NCBI GenBank assembly: GCA_964489445.1
Contig: CAZAYU010000004.1
Span: 141,198-194,208, forward strand
Source: an uncultured Planctomycetia bacterium
GTDB taxonomy: Bacteria; Omnitrophota; Gorgyraeia; Duberdicusellales; 4484-171
Length of the DNA stretch: 53,011 nt
Reading direction: 5' to 3'
Notes under the pieces: model-generated
Told to the model about the DNA's origin: nothing
The model's database searches: none
The model's input: only the letters and a program-made list of their open reading frames with translations
In this document: positions 10,101-18,679 of the stretch, piece after piece
How the letters are laid out: every line of letters begins with the position of its first letter
Position numbering within the stretch: the stretch's first letter is position 1
Position numbers and translations under genes: made by a program

Positions 10101-10309
10101 GTAAGTGGTTCAATATAAGTTTTATCCGCCATACCCGGATCAGTCATGATCGTCGCCGGGTTAGAATTAACCAGCACAACTTCATACCCCTCTTCTTTTA
10201 AAGCTTTACAGGCTTGGGTTCCTGAATAATCAAATTCGCATGCCTGCCCAATAATGATCGGACCCGATCCGATAATCAAAACTTTTTTAATATCTGTGCG
10301 CTTAGTCAT
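7112..10309 (-). CDS. carB: carbamoyl-phosphate synthase large subunit
   Basis: IGSGPIIIGQACEFDYSG, duplicated ATP-grasp halves (GGGPNRIGQGIEFDY), C-terminal MGS domain; AGGAGG RBS. Confidence 0.99.
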   Translation of the reverse strand: MTKRTDIKKVLIIGSGPIIIGQACEFDYSGTQACKALKEEGYEVVLVNSNPATIMTDPGMADKTYIEPLTVECLEKIIAKERPDALLPNLGGQTGLNLASDLCKNKVIEKYGVEMIGVKSDAIERGEDRIAFKKTMRKLNISVPRSDPCNSVEQAEKIAQKLQYPVVLRPAYTMGGTGGGIAYNVEELRTIVNRGLSASIIHQVLVEESVLGWEELELEVVRDNKNQKITVCFIENVDPMGVHTGDSFCVAPMLTVPKELQDRMQKLSYKIVEAIGVVGGTNVQFAHNREDDRLVVIEINPRTSRSSALASKATGFPIARISTKLAVGLTMDEIHYWKEGTLEKYSPSGDYVVVKFARWAFEKFSKAQDILGTQMKAVGEVMSIGKNFKEALQKAIRSLEIKRYGLGDEKFKNLSVEELKKRLSVPSSKRIFLMYEAMRKKVSVDDLYNITRIGKWFINEIKELVDFEEELLVYKWESLPGKMLTKAKEMGFADRYLSAIFGVQEKEIREKRISLGKVEQFNTVLVSGVKNAAYYYSTYNGNDEVSVSKNKKIMILGGGPNRIGQGIEFDYTCVHAALTLRDKGYETIMINCNPETVSTDYDTSDKLYFEPLTVEDVLAIYDKEKPEGVIVQFGGQTPLNIAQELKNNGVNILGTTPESICFAEDREHFRQKMIEIGILQPESGIARSKQEAVKVASQIGYPLMVRPSFVLGGRGMEIVYDECMLKRYAEGAIDISPEYPMLIDRFLEHAIEVEVDALCDGEHTFVAAVMEHIELAGVHSGDSACVIPSRNIKEEHLAIIEDYTAKIARELKTIGLINIQYAICDGKVYILEANPRASRTVPLVSKITGIPIARIATELMFGSKIKDYPQLKKSDLSYVGVKEAVFPFNMFPEVDPLLGPEMRATGEVMGIAENFELAFFKAQEAAGTKLPRKGNILLTVTEKDKQELLPIAKKIKKMNFNIFATEGTHRFLKDNDIDSVKIKKLHEGRPNISDAIKNGNIHLVINTPAGRSSKYDDSYIRIMAIQQKVPYITSMAAAWASIEGIDAAQNKEIEIKPLQEYYRKK

Positions 10310-10439
10310 AGTTCCTCCTTATTACTTAACTATAGTTACTATAAAATCTTTCGGCTTTGAAAAAATATTTTACATACTCAAAGCATCTTTGCTTTAAGTG
10401 TACTGGTTTCCTATTAGACAATATACTCTTGTTTTCTAT

Positions 10440-10889
10440 TTAACTCTTTTTAGTATATCTTTTGATTAATTTTATTATCTCTAAAATACTCTTGGCTTTG
10501 ATAATTCCCTTTACAGCCCAAGTTTTAAATCCAATAACTTTTTTATTTTCACCAAAAGCAAAAGCAATTTCTGAAAGTGTTCCATATTTTCCTTTAAACG
10601 CAACAACAATATCTGCTGACCTGATTAATAAAAAATTTCTTGCATATCCTAAACCAGTAGGCATCTTAAAATCTAAGTAATTATTTGCTTCTCTGCCATC
10701 AATGCTAGGTAGAATTCCTGCTGTTAGTCCTCCTTTTTGTTTTGCGCCTCGACAAGCTGCCTCCATCACACCGCTGCCTCCGCCACAAACCAAGACCCAT
10801 CCTTCCTGAGCGACTAATTCACCTAATCTTTGTGCTTCTTGATAAGTCTTTTTTGAACACTTAGTCCCACCGACTACTCCGATATTCAT
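10440..10889 (-). CDS. LOG/SLOG-superfamily Rossmann-fold protein (TIGR00725-like)
   Basis: IGVVGG, LVCGGGSGVMEAAC.GAK..GG.T.GILP, TG.GYARN, GKYGTLSEIA.A. Confidence 0.88.
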   Translation of the reverse strand: MNIGVVGGTKCSKKTYQEAQRLGELVAQEGWVLVCGGGSGVMEAACRGAKQKGGLTAGILPSIDGREANNYLDFKMPTGLGYARNFLLIRSADIVVAFKGKYGTLSEIAFAFGENKKVIGFKTWAVKGIIKAKSILEIIKLIKRYTKKS

Positions 10890-10953
10890 AACAATACACC
10901 AACCAAGCCAAATTCTTCTACAATCATTTTTACCCCATCTATTAGCTATAAAA

Positions 10954-11026
10954 TGTCCCTGGGCTGACTTGAACAGCCACTTCAGGCTTCGGAGGCCTGC
11001 GCTCTATCCTGTTGAGCTACAGGGAC
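10954..11026 (-). tRNA. tRNA-Arg (anticodon CCG)
   Basis: Folds as GTCCCTG/CAGGGAC acceptor stem, GCTC/GAGC D stem with A20, CAGGC-CTCCGAA-GCCTG anticodon arm, GGCTG-TTCAAGT-CAGCC T arm and discriminator A. CCA is not encoded. Confidence 0.96.
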
Positions 11027-11033
11027 TAAAATT

Positions 11034-12275
11034 CTAAAATAGCTTTGTTTGTAACTCTTTATTATCCTGCTTATTATTTTCGGGAAAAATTTCAACTTCT
11101 CCGTATTCTCCGTCATATCCTGCAAAAATATTTACTTTTTTCCCCCGCACTCTTTTTATACCTTCGACTATTTTCTCCGGCAAACATGAAGATAATTTTT
11201 CTACAGATATTTTATTTAAAATGCTAAATTCTGTACCACAGCTACAAAGAGCTTCTAAATATTCTTTTTCAACCGCTTTGCTTTGTTTCCCTACACCTTT
11301 AGCATTGGCAATAATCTCATCTAAGGCAATCATACTTCTATAGTTTATTGCATTTTTCGGGCGAAACCCATATTCCCTATCCGCTAATTCCATTATCCGA
11401 TTAAGTACCCCTTTGGTTAATAAGCGACCGCAGACCGGACATAAGTTTTCAAGTTTCTTTGTCTTGAGCGGATGAAAGCATTGTTTGCACTTTCTGTGAC
11501 CATCATAATAATATTTTCCTTCTCCAGGGAAGAACTCAATCGTATATAGAAATTTATTTTTATCTTTTGTTTCTAAGACTTTTTTTATTTCCCAGTAATT
11601 AATATCGCAATTAAAAACATTAGCTTCCCGGCCAATACGTGACGGAGAATGAGAGTCAGAATTGGAAACTAAAGAATATTTATCCAACGCCGAGACCATC
11701 CAATTCATTTCCGGATCAGAGCTTAAACCGGTTTCCAACGCAGTTATTTTTTCAGTATATTTGCCAAACGCTTCCTCTAAATTATTAAATCCGGAATTAG
11801 AACCAAAAACCGAAAACCAAGGAGTCCAAATATGTGCCGGAATAAGCATGACATTGGAAGATATCTTAAACAATTCTTCCGCTAGCTGATAACAGCTCAA
11901 GCCTAATATTGGACGCCCATCAGAATTAATATTCCCGTGCGAAGAAAGCATCCGGTTTATCTCTTTAACTACTTCGAAAGAAGGCGCCAATACTAAATTA
12001 TGAACCTTATGTACTTTCCCATTTTGTGAAAAAATACTAGAGATTTCTGCTGATAAAATGAACTTAACCCCTTTATAAGTGTATAGTCCTTTTCCTTCTA
12101 AAGGCAAAAGATATTTCTTTAATTCTTTAAGCCAAAGATGATGTGTAAAATCACCAGTTCCTAGAAGATTTACTCCTTTAAGATTAGCCCACTTAGCTAG
12201 ATTGATGACATCCATATCCTTAGAGGTGGCTCGAGAATACTTAGAATGAATATGAAAATCAGCGACAAATTCCAT
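11034..12275 (-). CDS. endonuclease Q family PHP-domain nuclease (YqxK-like)
   Basis: DFHIHSKYSRATS, GTGDFTH, PAHIWTPW, ETGLSSD, SNSDSHS, GKYY.DGHR.C..C...CPVC zinc finger, GYDG.YG. Confidence 0.88.
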   Translation of the reverse strand: MEFVADFHIHSKYSRATSKDMDVINLAKWANLKGVNLLGTGDFTHHLWLKELKKYLLPLEGKGLYTYKGVKFILSAEISSIFSQNGKVHKVHNLVLAPSFEVVKEINRMLSSHGNINSDGRPILGLSCYQLAEELFKISSNVMLIPAHIWTPWFSVFGSNSGFNNLEEAFGKYTEKITALETGLSSDPEMNWMVSALDKYSLVSNSDSHSPSRIGREANVFNCDINYWEIKKVLETKDKNKFLYTIEFFPGEGKYYYDGHRKCKQCFHPLKTKKLENLCPVCGRLLTKGVLNRIMELADREYGFRPKNAINYRSMIALDEIIANAKGVGKQSKAVEKEYLEALCSCGTEFSILNKISVEKLSSCLPEKIVEGIKRVRGKKVNIFAGYDGEYGEVEIFPENNKQDNKELQTKLF

Positions 12276-12299
12276 TCTTTTATGGTTTTTTATTGGCCA

Positions 12300-13583
12300 T
12301 TAAATGTTTTTATCTTTTTGATAAACTATTCTACCATTATGAATAGTGCACTCAACAACTCCCTCTAGTTCCTTGCCTAAAAACGGGGTATTCTTAGATT
12401 TTGAAAATATACTCTCTTTATCAATTTTTTGTGTTTTTTCTAAATCAACAATAGCCAAGTCAGCAAAATTACCTTCTTTAATCTCCCCACAGTTCTTAAG
12501 CCCAATTATCTTTGCCGGATTTAAAGACATTTTTTCAGCAATTGCAGGTAGCCCAATAATATTTCCTTTCACCAAGTAAGTATACGCTAAGGAAAATGCA
12601 AATTCTAAACCAATTAGACCAAATGGCGCGCCTTCAAAAGGAACTTCTTTCTCAGCCAAAGAATGAGGGGCATGATCGGTAGCTATGCAATCAATTACAC
12701 CATCTTTTAAAGCTTGTCTTATCGCCTTTAAATCTTTTTTTTCTCCTAACGGAGGATTAACTTTAAAATTACTATTAAAATTTCCTTTTTCAATATCTTC
12801 GACAGTCAAACAAAAATAATGTGGACAAGTTTCAGCAGTCACTTTTACCCCTTCTTTTTTAGCCCGCTTGATAATCTCAATACTCTTGAAACTGCTAATA
12901 TGCGCAAGATGAATTCTCGCATCTAAATATTTTGCCAACTCAATATCTCGATTAACTATCAGGCTCTCTGAAATATCCGAAACTGCCGGTAATCCGTATT
13001 TGGAAGAAATAAAACTTTCTCGAATTACTCCTTTGTTGCTAAGAGAAGTATCTTCACAATGAGAAATAATTAACATTTTTGTCATTTTCGCATATTCTAA
13101 CGCCCGGCGTAAAATTAAAGAATCCGATACAGAATCACCATCATCGCTTAATGAAAAACATCCCGCACCACTTAATGCCTCAAACTCTGTTAGCTGTTTG
13201 CCGGCTCTATTCACAGTAATTGCTCCCACCGGATAAATATCGACAATTGCAATTTTTTTTCCTTCTTCAAGTATCCATTTTGCTAACCCTTGATTATCTA
13301 TCGGAGGTTGAGTGTTTGGCATACAAAATATCTTCGTAAATCCACCCTTAGCTGCTGCTTTTGACCCGCTTAATAAATCCTCTTCATCCTCTCTGCCTGG
13401 AGTCCGTAAGTGCGTATGCATATCAATAAATCCGGGAAAGATATATTTTCCTCTAGCATCAATCTGCTCCTTACATTTTTCCGAAATATTTTCACCTATT
13501 CTGGTAATCTTATTGCTCTCGATTAGAATGTCTAACTTTTTAACTTCTTTAGACAAAATTAAATAAGCATTTTTTATTAACAT
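12300..13583 (-). CDS. pyrC: dihydroorotase, type I
   Basis: PGFIDMHTHLR.PG, MPNT.P, H.AH.S, PHYF, KVNPPL, IATDHAPH, SKSKNTPF. Confidence 0.96.
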   Translation of the reverse strand: MLIKNAYLILSKEVKKLDILIESNKITRIGENISEKCKEQIDARGKYIFPGFIDMHTHLRTPGREDEEDLLSGSKAAAKGGFTKIFCMPNTQPPIDNQGLAKWILEEGKKIAIVDIYPVGAITVNRAGKQLTEFEALSGAGCFSLSDDGDSVSDSLILRRALEYAKMTKMLIISHCEDTSLSNKGVIRESFISSKYGLPAVSDISESLIVNRDIELAKYLDARIHLAHISSFKSIEIIKRAKKEGVKVTAETCPHYFCLTVEDIEKGNFNSNFKVNPPLGEKKDLKAIRQALKDGVIDCIATDHAPHSLAEKEVPFEGAPFGLIGLEFAFSLAYTYLVKGNIIGLPAIAEKMSLNPAKIIGLKNCGEIKEGNFADLAIVDLEKTQKIDKESIFSKSKNTPFLGKELEGVVECTIHNGRIVYQKDKNI

Positions 13584-14515
13584 TATATTTCCCTTTTATT
13601 GGTTCCCACTAAATATAAAGTGGCCATACGTACTGCTAATCCATTTTCTGCTTGTTTTAAAATTAAAGGATGAACTCTTTCTTTAACAGCTGAACTTATT
13701 TCTACATCCCAATTGACCGGTCCAGGATGCATAATCAAACAATCCTTCTTAAGCATTTTAATTCTTTCTGGGGTTAACGAAAACCATTTCATATACTCTC
13801 TTTGCGTAGAAAAGAATGATGATTGTTGTCGTTCTTTTTGCATCCTAAGCATTATAATCACATCAGCTTCCGAAATTACTTCATCCAGGTTATAAGAAAC
13901 ATTTACCCCCATCTTAGAAAATTCATAAGGAACTAATGTTGAAGGTCCACAAACAGTAATATTTGCCGAGTATTTTTGGAAACCAAAGATATTAGACCGA
14001 GCAACCCGAGAATGAAGAATGTCGCCGACAATTAACACATTTAACTTTTCTAAGCTACCTCTGGCTTCCTTAACTGTAAACATGTCTAAAAAAGATTGAG
14101 TAGGATGTTCGTTGCTGCCGTCACCGGCATTTATAATGCTTGCATGGGTATAATCAGTAAATAACGACAAAGAAGCCCCAAAGCCAATTCGGATAATCAT
14201 AATATCCGGATGATATGCCTCTAAATTCTTAATAGTATCGATAACACTTTCCCCTTTTGACAAGCTACTTAAGGAAGTTGAAAAATTTACAACATCAGCA
14301 CTTAAACGTTTGGCTGCTAACTCAAAAGATACTCTTGTCCGTGTAGAATTTTCAAAAAAAAGATTTACAATAGTTTTTCCGCGCAAAGCCGGAACTTTTT
14401 TTACATCTCTTTGAGAAATCTCCTTAAAAGAAGAAGTTAAGGAAAATATTGTTTCTAGCTCATTGCGCGTTAGGTCTTTAACCCCTAAAATATGTTTTTT
14501 CTGCCAATCTTCCAT
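13583..14515 (-). CDS. pyrB: aspartate carbamoyltransferase catalytic subunit
   Basis: FFENSTRTR.SFE, KGES..DT, NAGDG..EHPTQ, HSRVARSN, RMQKER, MHPGP.N. Confidence 0.97.
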   Translation of the reverse strand: MEDWQKKHILGVKDLTRNELETIFSLTSSFKEISQRDVKKVPALRGKTIVNLFFENSTRTRVSFELAAKRLSADVVNFSTSLSSLSKGESVIDTIKNLEAYHPDIMIIRIGFGASLSLFTDYTHASIINAGDGSNEHPTQSFLDMFTVKEARGSLEKLNVLIVGDILHSRVARSNIFGFQKYSANITVCGPSTLVPYEFSKMGVNVSYNLDEVISEADVIIMLRMQKERQQSSFFSTQREYMKWFSLTPERIKMLKKDCLIMHPGPVNWDVEISSAVKERVHPLILKQAENGLAVRMATLYLVGTNKREI

Positions 14516-14536
14516 AAATAGTTATTTTAATCGCAT

Positions 14537-15823
14537 TTAGTGAGATACTGAAAAATTCTCTTCTATAAGAGTTTCTAATTTTTCTTTTATTTCTTTTTTA
14601 CCGGTTAGAACATAATCATCTATAATCACTCGGGGGATAACCCCTCCCTTAGCACCTAACTTTTTACTTAAAAGATTCATTTTTTCAAAATTCTCTTTAT
14701 CTGCGATATTAAAATAATTTATAGTTACCAACCCAGGAAATTTTTCTTTCAAATAAGGAATATGTTCATCAAGAACCCAATGACACCCTGAGCATTCCGG
14801 ACTATAAAAAAAATTAATAGTAATATTCTCTGAATAATTATGTTCAGCCGGAATAGAAGTCTTTTTAAAGTTTTTGAACTTTTTTTCTATAAATTTTTGG
14901 TACTTGTGCTGAGAATTAAATAAAACTCTGTTTTCCCAAAGAAAAGTGGGAGAGCTCTGTACTCCTAACTCCCGGCATAGTTTAAAATCTTTTTCTAGGA
15001 TAGCAACTCCTTGATTGTGGTAATCTGTAATTTCCTGAACAGGTATTTCCAGCTCTTCACAAATACTGCCAGTCTCCTTTTTTTGCTGATATAGAAGCTG
15101 ATACTTCCAAAATTTTTCCGGATATTTCTTCTGAACAAGAGCTTGATGAATATCTTCTTTAATTTCTTCAGGCCCATGAAGCGAACTTATTCCAAATTCA
15201 TGAAAAATAGTAATATAGTGCACCTCTATCTGTATGTTTTTCTCATATTCTTCTAATAATTCAATCATTCTTCGCAAAGCATCATTTCCTGCCGGGCAAT
15301 TACTCATCACAAAAAGATCAACCCTATCCGGCATTCTTTTACGCTTTAAAAAAATACCTCCCATCGGAAAAAGCATGTCTTCCGGAATAACATATTCATT
15401 TTGCTTTTGGACAATCATCCTTTTTTTTAATAAGTTCAAGAATTGTTCTTTTTCACTTATATTTTTTTCAAAAATGACATAAGGAATAAACTCTACTTTT
15501 AACTTCTTAATTATTCTTTTTGCTTCCGGAGAACGATAATTGATTTCATTTGCTTTTACACCTCCAAATGCATTTTTAATTGCGTTTTCAAGCTCTTCTA
15601 CCGAATCTGAAATTTCATCAGAAACAATAATTGTATATTCACTATCCTTGGCTTCCTGTGCCTGGGAATCTAACGAATAAAAACCAGTTCCTAAAGCGAT
15701 AGCCCCAAATAATATGATTTTCCAAATTTTAATTCCACACTCTTTGTCTGCCCTTTCATCTCTTGAGTGTCTGTTCATCCAGCATTTATATTTACTAATT
15801 TTTAAACAAAATGTCCCTCTCAT
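14537..15823 (-). CDS. exported protein with two thioredoxin-fold-like domains
   Basis: N-terminal hydrophobic segment ending SQA; LFVMSNCP...LHG.EE...GV.SSPT (DsbA/GILT-like); C-terminal FFYSPECSGCH...IP.V.I (glutaredoxin-like CxxC). Confidence 0.6.
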   Translation of the reverse strand: MRGTFCLKISKYKCWMNRHSRDERADKECGIKIWKIILFGAIALGTGFYSLDSQAQEAKDSEYTIIVSDEISDSVEELENAIKNAFGGVKANEINYRSPEAKRIIKKLKVEFIPYVIFEKNISEKEQFLNLLKKRMIVQKQNEYVIPEDMLFPMGGIFLKRKRMPDRVDLFVMSNCPAGNDALRRMIELLEEYEKNIQIEVHYITIFHEFGISSLHGPEEIKEDIHQALVQKKYPEKFWKYQLLYQQKKETGSICEELEIPVQEITDYHNQGVAILEKDFKLCRELGVQSSPTFLWENRVLFNSQHKYQKFIEKKFKNFKKTSIPAEHNYSENITINFFYSPECSGCHWVLDEHIPYLKEKFPGLVTINYFNIADKENFEKMNLLSKKLGAKGGVIPRVIIDDYVLTGKKEIKEKLETLIEENFSVSH

Positions 15824-15839
15824 ATCTATCCCTATCCTT

Positions 15840-16367
15840 TTATTTGCTCAAAATAACTGCCTCATCCTGACCATCTACCTCTACTAATCGAACTTCTATA
15901 ACATCATCGTGCGCGGTTGGAATATTTTTTCCAACAAAATCAGCCCTTATCGGAATTTCCCTGTACCCTCGATCAATCAACACCAAAAGCTCAATTCTTT
16001 TCGGACGACCAAAATCAATAACCTCGTCTAAAGCTGCCCGAATTGTCCTTCCAGTAAAAAACACATCATCTACAATAATTACTACTTTTTCATTCAAATC
16101 AAAGTTAATTATCGTTTCCTTTACTACTGGTTTAGGCCCAATAGCTGTCAAATCATCACGATAAAGAGTAATATCTAAAATCCCCAAAGGCGGCTCTTTG
16201 CCTTCAAGCTCTTTTATTATCTTTTGAATTCTTTTTGCTAAGTATACCCCCCGAGTTTGTATTCCGATTAAAATTATTTCCTGTGAATTAGGGTTTTTTT
16301 CTAAAATCTGGTGAGCAAGCCGATATAACATTCGTTTTATATCTTCTTTGGTGAGTATTTTTTGCAT
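15840..16367 (-). CDS. pyrR: bifunctional pyrimidine operon regulator / uracil phosphoribosyltransferase
   Basis: R.AHQILE.N, GI.TRG, LDITLYRDDL, DDVFFTGRT.RAALD, GRP, DRGYRE.PIRADFVGKN.PT. Confidence 0.97.
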   Translation of the reverse strand: MQKILTKEDIKRMLYRLAHQILEKNPNSQEIILIGIQTRGVYLAKRIQKIIKELEGKEPPLGILDITLYRDDLTAIGPKPVVKETIINFDLNEKVVIIVDDVFFTGRTIRAALDEVIDFGRPKRIELLVLIDRGYREIPIRADFVGKNIPTAHDDVIEVRLVEVDGQDEAVILSK

Positions 16368-16376
16368 ATCCCTCCT

Positions 16377-16421
16377 AAAAAATAAAACCCGTTTAAGCCA
16401 TTATTCTAGGCTTAAACGGGT
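16377..16421 (-). terminator. intrinsic terminator of the pyr attenuator
   Basis: 13-bp perfect stem ACCCGTTTAAGCC/GGCTTAAACGGGT (16421-16387) with a 9-nt loop, followed by TTTATTTTTT and then the AGGAGG RBS of pyrR. Confidence 0.9.
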
Positions 16422-16459
16422 ATTTTTGTTTGTATCTATTTTATTGCCCATTAGTTTTC

Positions 16460-16492
16460 CTTATTAGCCTCTCTGGACTAACTTAAAGGTTA
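16460..16492 (-). promoter_or_regulatory. PyrR-binding RNA loop (anti-antiterminator)
   Basis: CCTTTAA followed by AGTCCAGAGAGGCT (16479-16466), matching the established ARUCCNGNGAGGYU consensus, inside a TTAGTC/GGCTAA stem. Confidence 0.92.
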
Positions 16493-16498
16493 GTTACT

Positions 16499-16527
16499 TA
16501 TATATCTTAAAACATTAAACTTGTCAA
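16499..16527 (-). promoter_or_regulatory. candidate sigma70 promoter of the pyrR operon
   Basis: Perfect TTGACA (16527-16522), 17-nt spacer, TATATA (16504-16499), immediately upstream of the PyrR loop. Confidence 0.6.
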
Positions 16528-16541
16528 GAAAAAAATGAAAC

Positions 16542-17210
16542 TTAGCCAATCGGCCTAATTATCAAAGTAAATTCACCCTTGGGACTTTTAATCGTAAAGT
16601 AAGATAGTGCTTCTTTTAAACTACACTCTAATGTTTCTTCAAATTTTTTAGTCATTTCTCTAAATACTGCAATTTTTTCATCCGGACCAAAAACTTCTTG
16701 GAGTATATTCAATGACTTAACAACCCGGTAAGGAGACTCAAAGAATACTAAAGCTAAGTCCCACTTTTTACATTTCTCCAGCAATATTTTACAAGCATTG
16801 CTTTTCCGAGGCAGATATCCTAAGAAAGCAAACTTTTCGTGAGGTAAGGATGTCACGCTAAGTGCATTAACTATGCTTGAAGGTCCAGGCAGAGAAGTTA
16901 TCGGTATATTTAATATTCGGCATTCTCTTATTAATTTATACCCCGGGTCAGAAATTGAAGGAGTCCCAGCGCTAGAAACTAGCACAATGTCTTGGCCTTG
17001 TTTTAATTTTTGGATAATAACCGGGATCTTCCTTACCTCATTGTGTTCATAAAAACTAACTAACTTTTTCTTTATTTTAAAATATTTTAATAAAAAACCT
17101 GTTTTCCTAGTATCCTCAGCTAACACCAAGTCAGCAATTTTAAAAATACTTAGCGCCCGTAAGGTAATGTCCTCCAAATTTCCGATAGGTGTAGCTACTG
17201 CATATAACAT
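16542..17210 (-). CDS. rsmI: 16S rRNA C1402 2'-O-methyltransferase
   Basis: LY.VATPIGNLEDIT.RA, AEDTR.T, EHNE, VS.AGTP.ISDPG, F.GYLP, FFESP.R, REMTK.FEE, KGEF. Confidence 0.95.
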   Translation of the reverse strand: MLYAVATPIGNLEDITLRALSIFKIADLVLAEDTRKTGFLLKYFKIKKKLVSFYEHNEVRKIPVIIQKLKQGQDIVLVSSAGTPSISDPGYKLIRECRILNIPITSLPGPSSIVNALSVTSLPHEKFAFLGYLPRKSNACKILLEKCKKWDLALVFFESPYRVVKSLNILQEVFGPDEKIAVFREMTKKFEETLECSLKEALSYFTIKSPKGEFTLIIRPIG

Positions 17211-17356
17211 ATCTACTACTACTTTGTGTTAGCAAGAATCATTGCATTTTTCAGCGTAAAACTTTCTGTACAATCATAACTTTTCCTGTTTTCATCTCTG
17301 GTATTAAGAATTATCGAATATCTGCTGTGCGGAATAACTACTAATGCGCAGTTATT

Positions 17357-18619
17357 TTAGAATTGTTTACGAATTTCTTCCCTGCGAAAAGCATTCATAA
17401 TTGCTTTTGCCAATTTTTTATAATCATGACGAACAAAATCAGTAGTATGAATCACATTACCCTTTATAACTTTGTAACCCATATTTTTTATTTCTAAAAG
17501 ATCCGGTTCAATCGGGAAAGCTTTTTCCTGTTCATACTTAACAAGAAGCTTAGGATCAGGAACCTTGTTGTTCACTACACAATAGTCTACTATTTTAGGA
17601 TGAGTATGCTTAATCAGCGCTTTAAGATGGCTGGAAGCACCATAATTATCTGTTTCACCGTGCTGAGTCATCACATTACAAACATAGATTTTTAATGCCG
17701 AAGAATTCACTATTGCCTGATTAATTTCTTTAAGAACAAGATTAGGTAAAATGCTAGTATAAAGACTTCCCGGGCCAATAACAATGATTTCTGCTTCTTT
17801 TATAGCTTGAATAACTTCCGGAGCCGGTTGAATACTTTTAACGTTTGGATCTACTGGTTTCACATAAACTTTAGTTATCGGGACATCTTTTTCGGGAATT
17901 TTTGCTTCCCCTTCAACAGTTGATCCATCATTATATTCAGCAACCAAACTAATTTTTTCCAAAGTTGAAGGAAAAACTTTTCCTCTAATTGCTAAAACCT
18001 TGCTAGACGCCTCTACTGCTTTGCGAAAATCACCAGTGAGTTTGGTTAGAGCAGTAATAAAAATATTACCGAAATTATGTCCTTTTAATTCTGAATCTTT
18101 CGGAAAACGAAATTGAAATAATTCCCCCATAAATGAAGGAGCATCAGCTAAGGCAACTATACAATTACGTATATCTCCGGGGGCGGGTACATTATACTCT
18201 TCCCTTAGGCGACCGGTTGATCCCCCACTATCAGCTACAGTAACTACCGCTATAAGATTATTGGTGTGCTCTTTTAGCCCCATCAACAAATTAGAAAGAC
18301 CATGCCCTCCGCCAATAGCGACTATTTTTGGCCCTTTCTCTAAAAATCTTTTTTTATAAATCACATCTACTAAATCCTCCTCAAGATAAGGTAAGAATAT
18401 TCCCAAGAATGATTGTACCATGCTTCTTGCGCCAGCAATAATAAGCATAATCCCTAAAAGAATTCCTAGGGTGTCAGCTATGCGTAGCCAAGAAGTGGTA
18501 TCACTTATGTATCTAGCTACGCCAATAATTACAATCGCTATCCCTAAAAACCCTAAAAAAATCCAGCGTTTTATCTTAATGCCAGGATATAACCACCTTA
18601 ACTTTTTCAAAATCTTCAA
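17357..18619 (-). CDS. yvcK: YvcK/GlmR (UPF0052) gluconeogenesis/morphogenesis factor with N-terminal membrane helices
   Basis: VAIGGGHGLS.LL.GLK, DSGGSTG.LR, PGDIRNC, GHNFGN, GPGSLYTSILPNL, NVMTQ.GET; two N-terminal hydrophobic helices. Confidence 0.92.
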   Translation of the reverse strand: MKILKKLRWLYPGIKIKRWIFLGFLGIAIVIIGVARYISDTTSWLRIADTLGILLGIMLIIAGARSMVQSFLGIFLPYLEEDLVDVIYKKRFLEKGPKIVAIGGGHGLSNLLMGLKEHTNNLIAVVTVADSGGSTGRLREEYNVPAPGDIRNCIVALADAPSFMGELFQFRFPKDSELKGHNFGNIFITALTKLTGDFRKAVEASSKVLAIRGKVFPSTLEKISLVAEYNDGSTVEGEAKIPEKDVPITKVYVKPVDPNVKSIQPAPEVIQAIKEAEIIVIGPGSLYTSILPNLVLKEINQAIVNSSALKIYVCNVMTQHGETDNYGASSHLKALIKHTHPKIVDYCVVNNKVPDPKLLVKYEQEKAFPIEPDLLEIKNMGYKVIKGNVIHTTDFVRHDYKKLAKAIMNAFRREEIRKQF

Positions 18620-18679
18620 TTGTCCTCCTCCTAAATCAACCTTTATCTTCTTGGAAACATAATTCCGGTGATTTTCTTT

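Noticed and set aside
10954-11026. tRNA-Arg as an integration (att) site for the inserted genes
   Set aside because: No second copy of the tRNA 3' end and no integrase were seen in the window.
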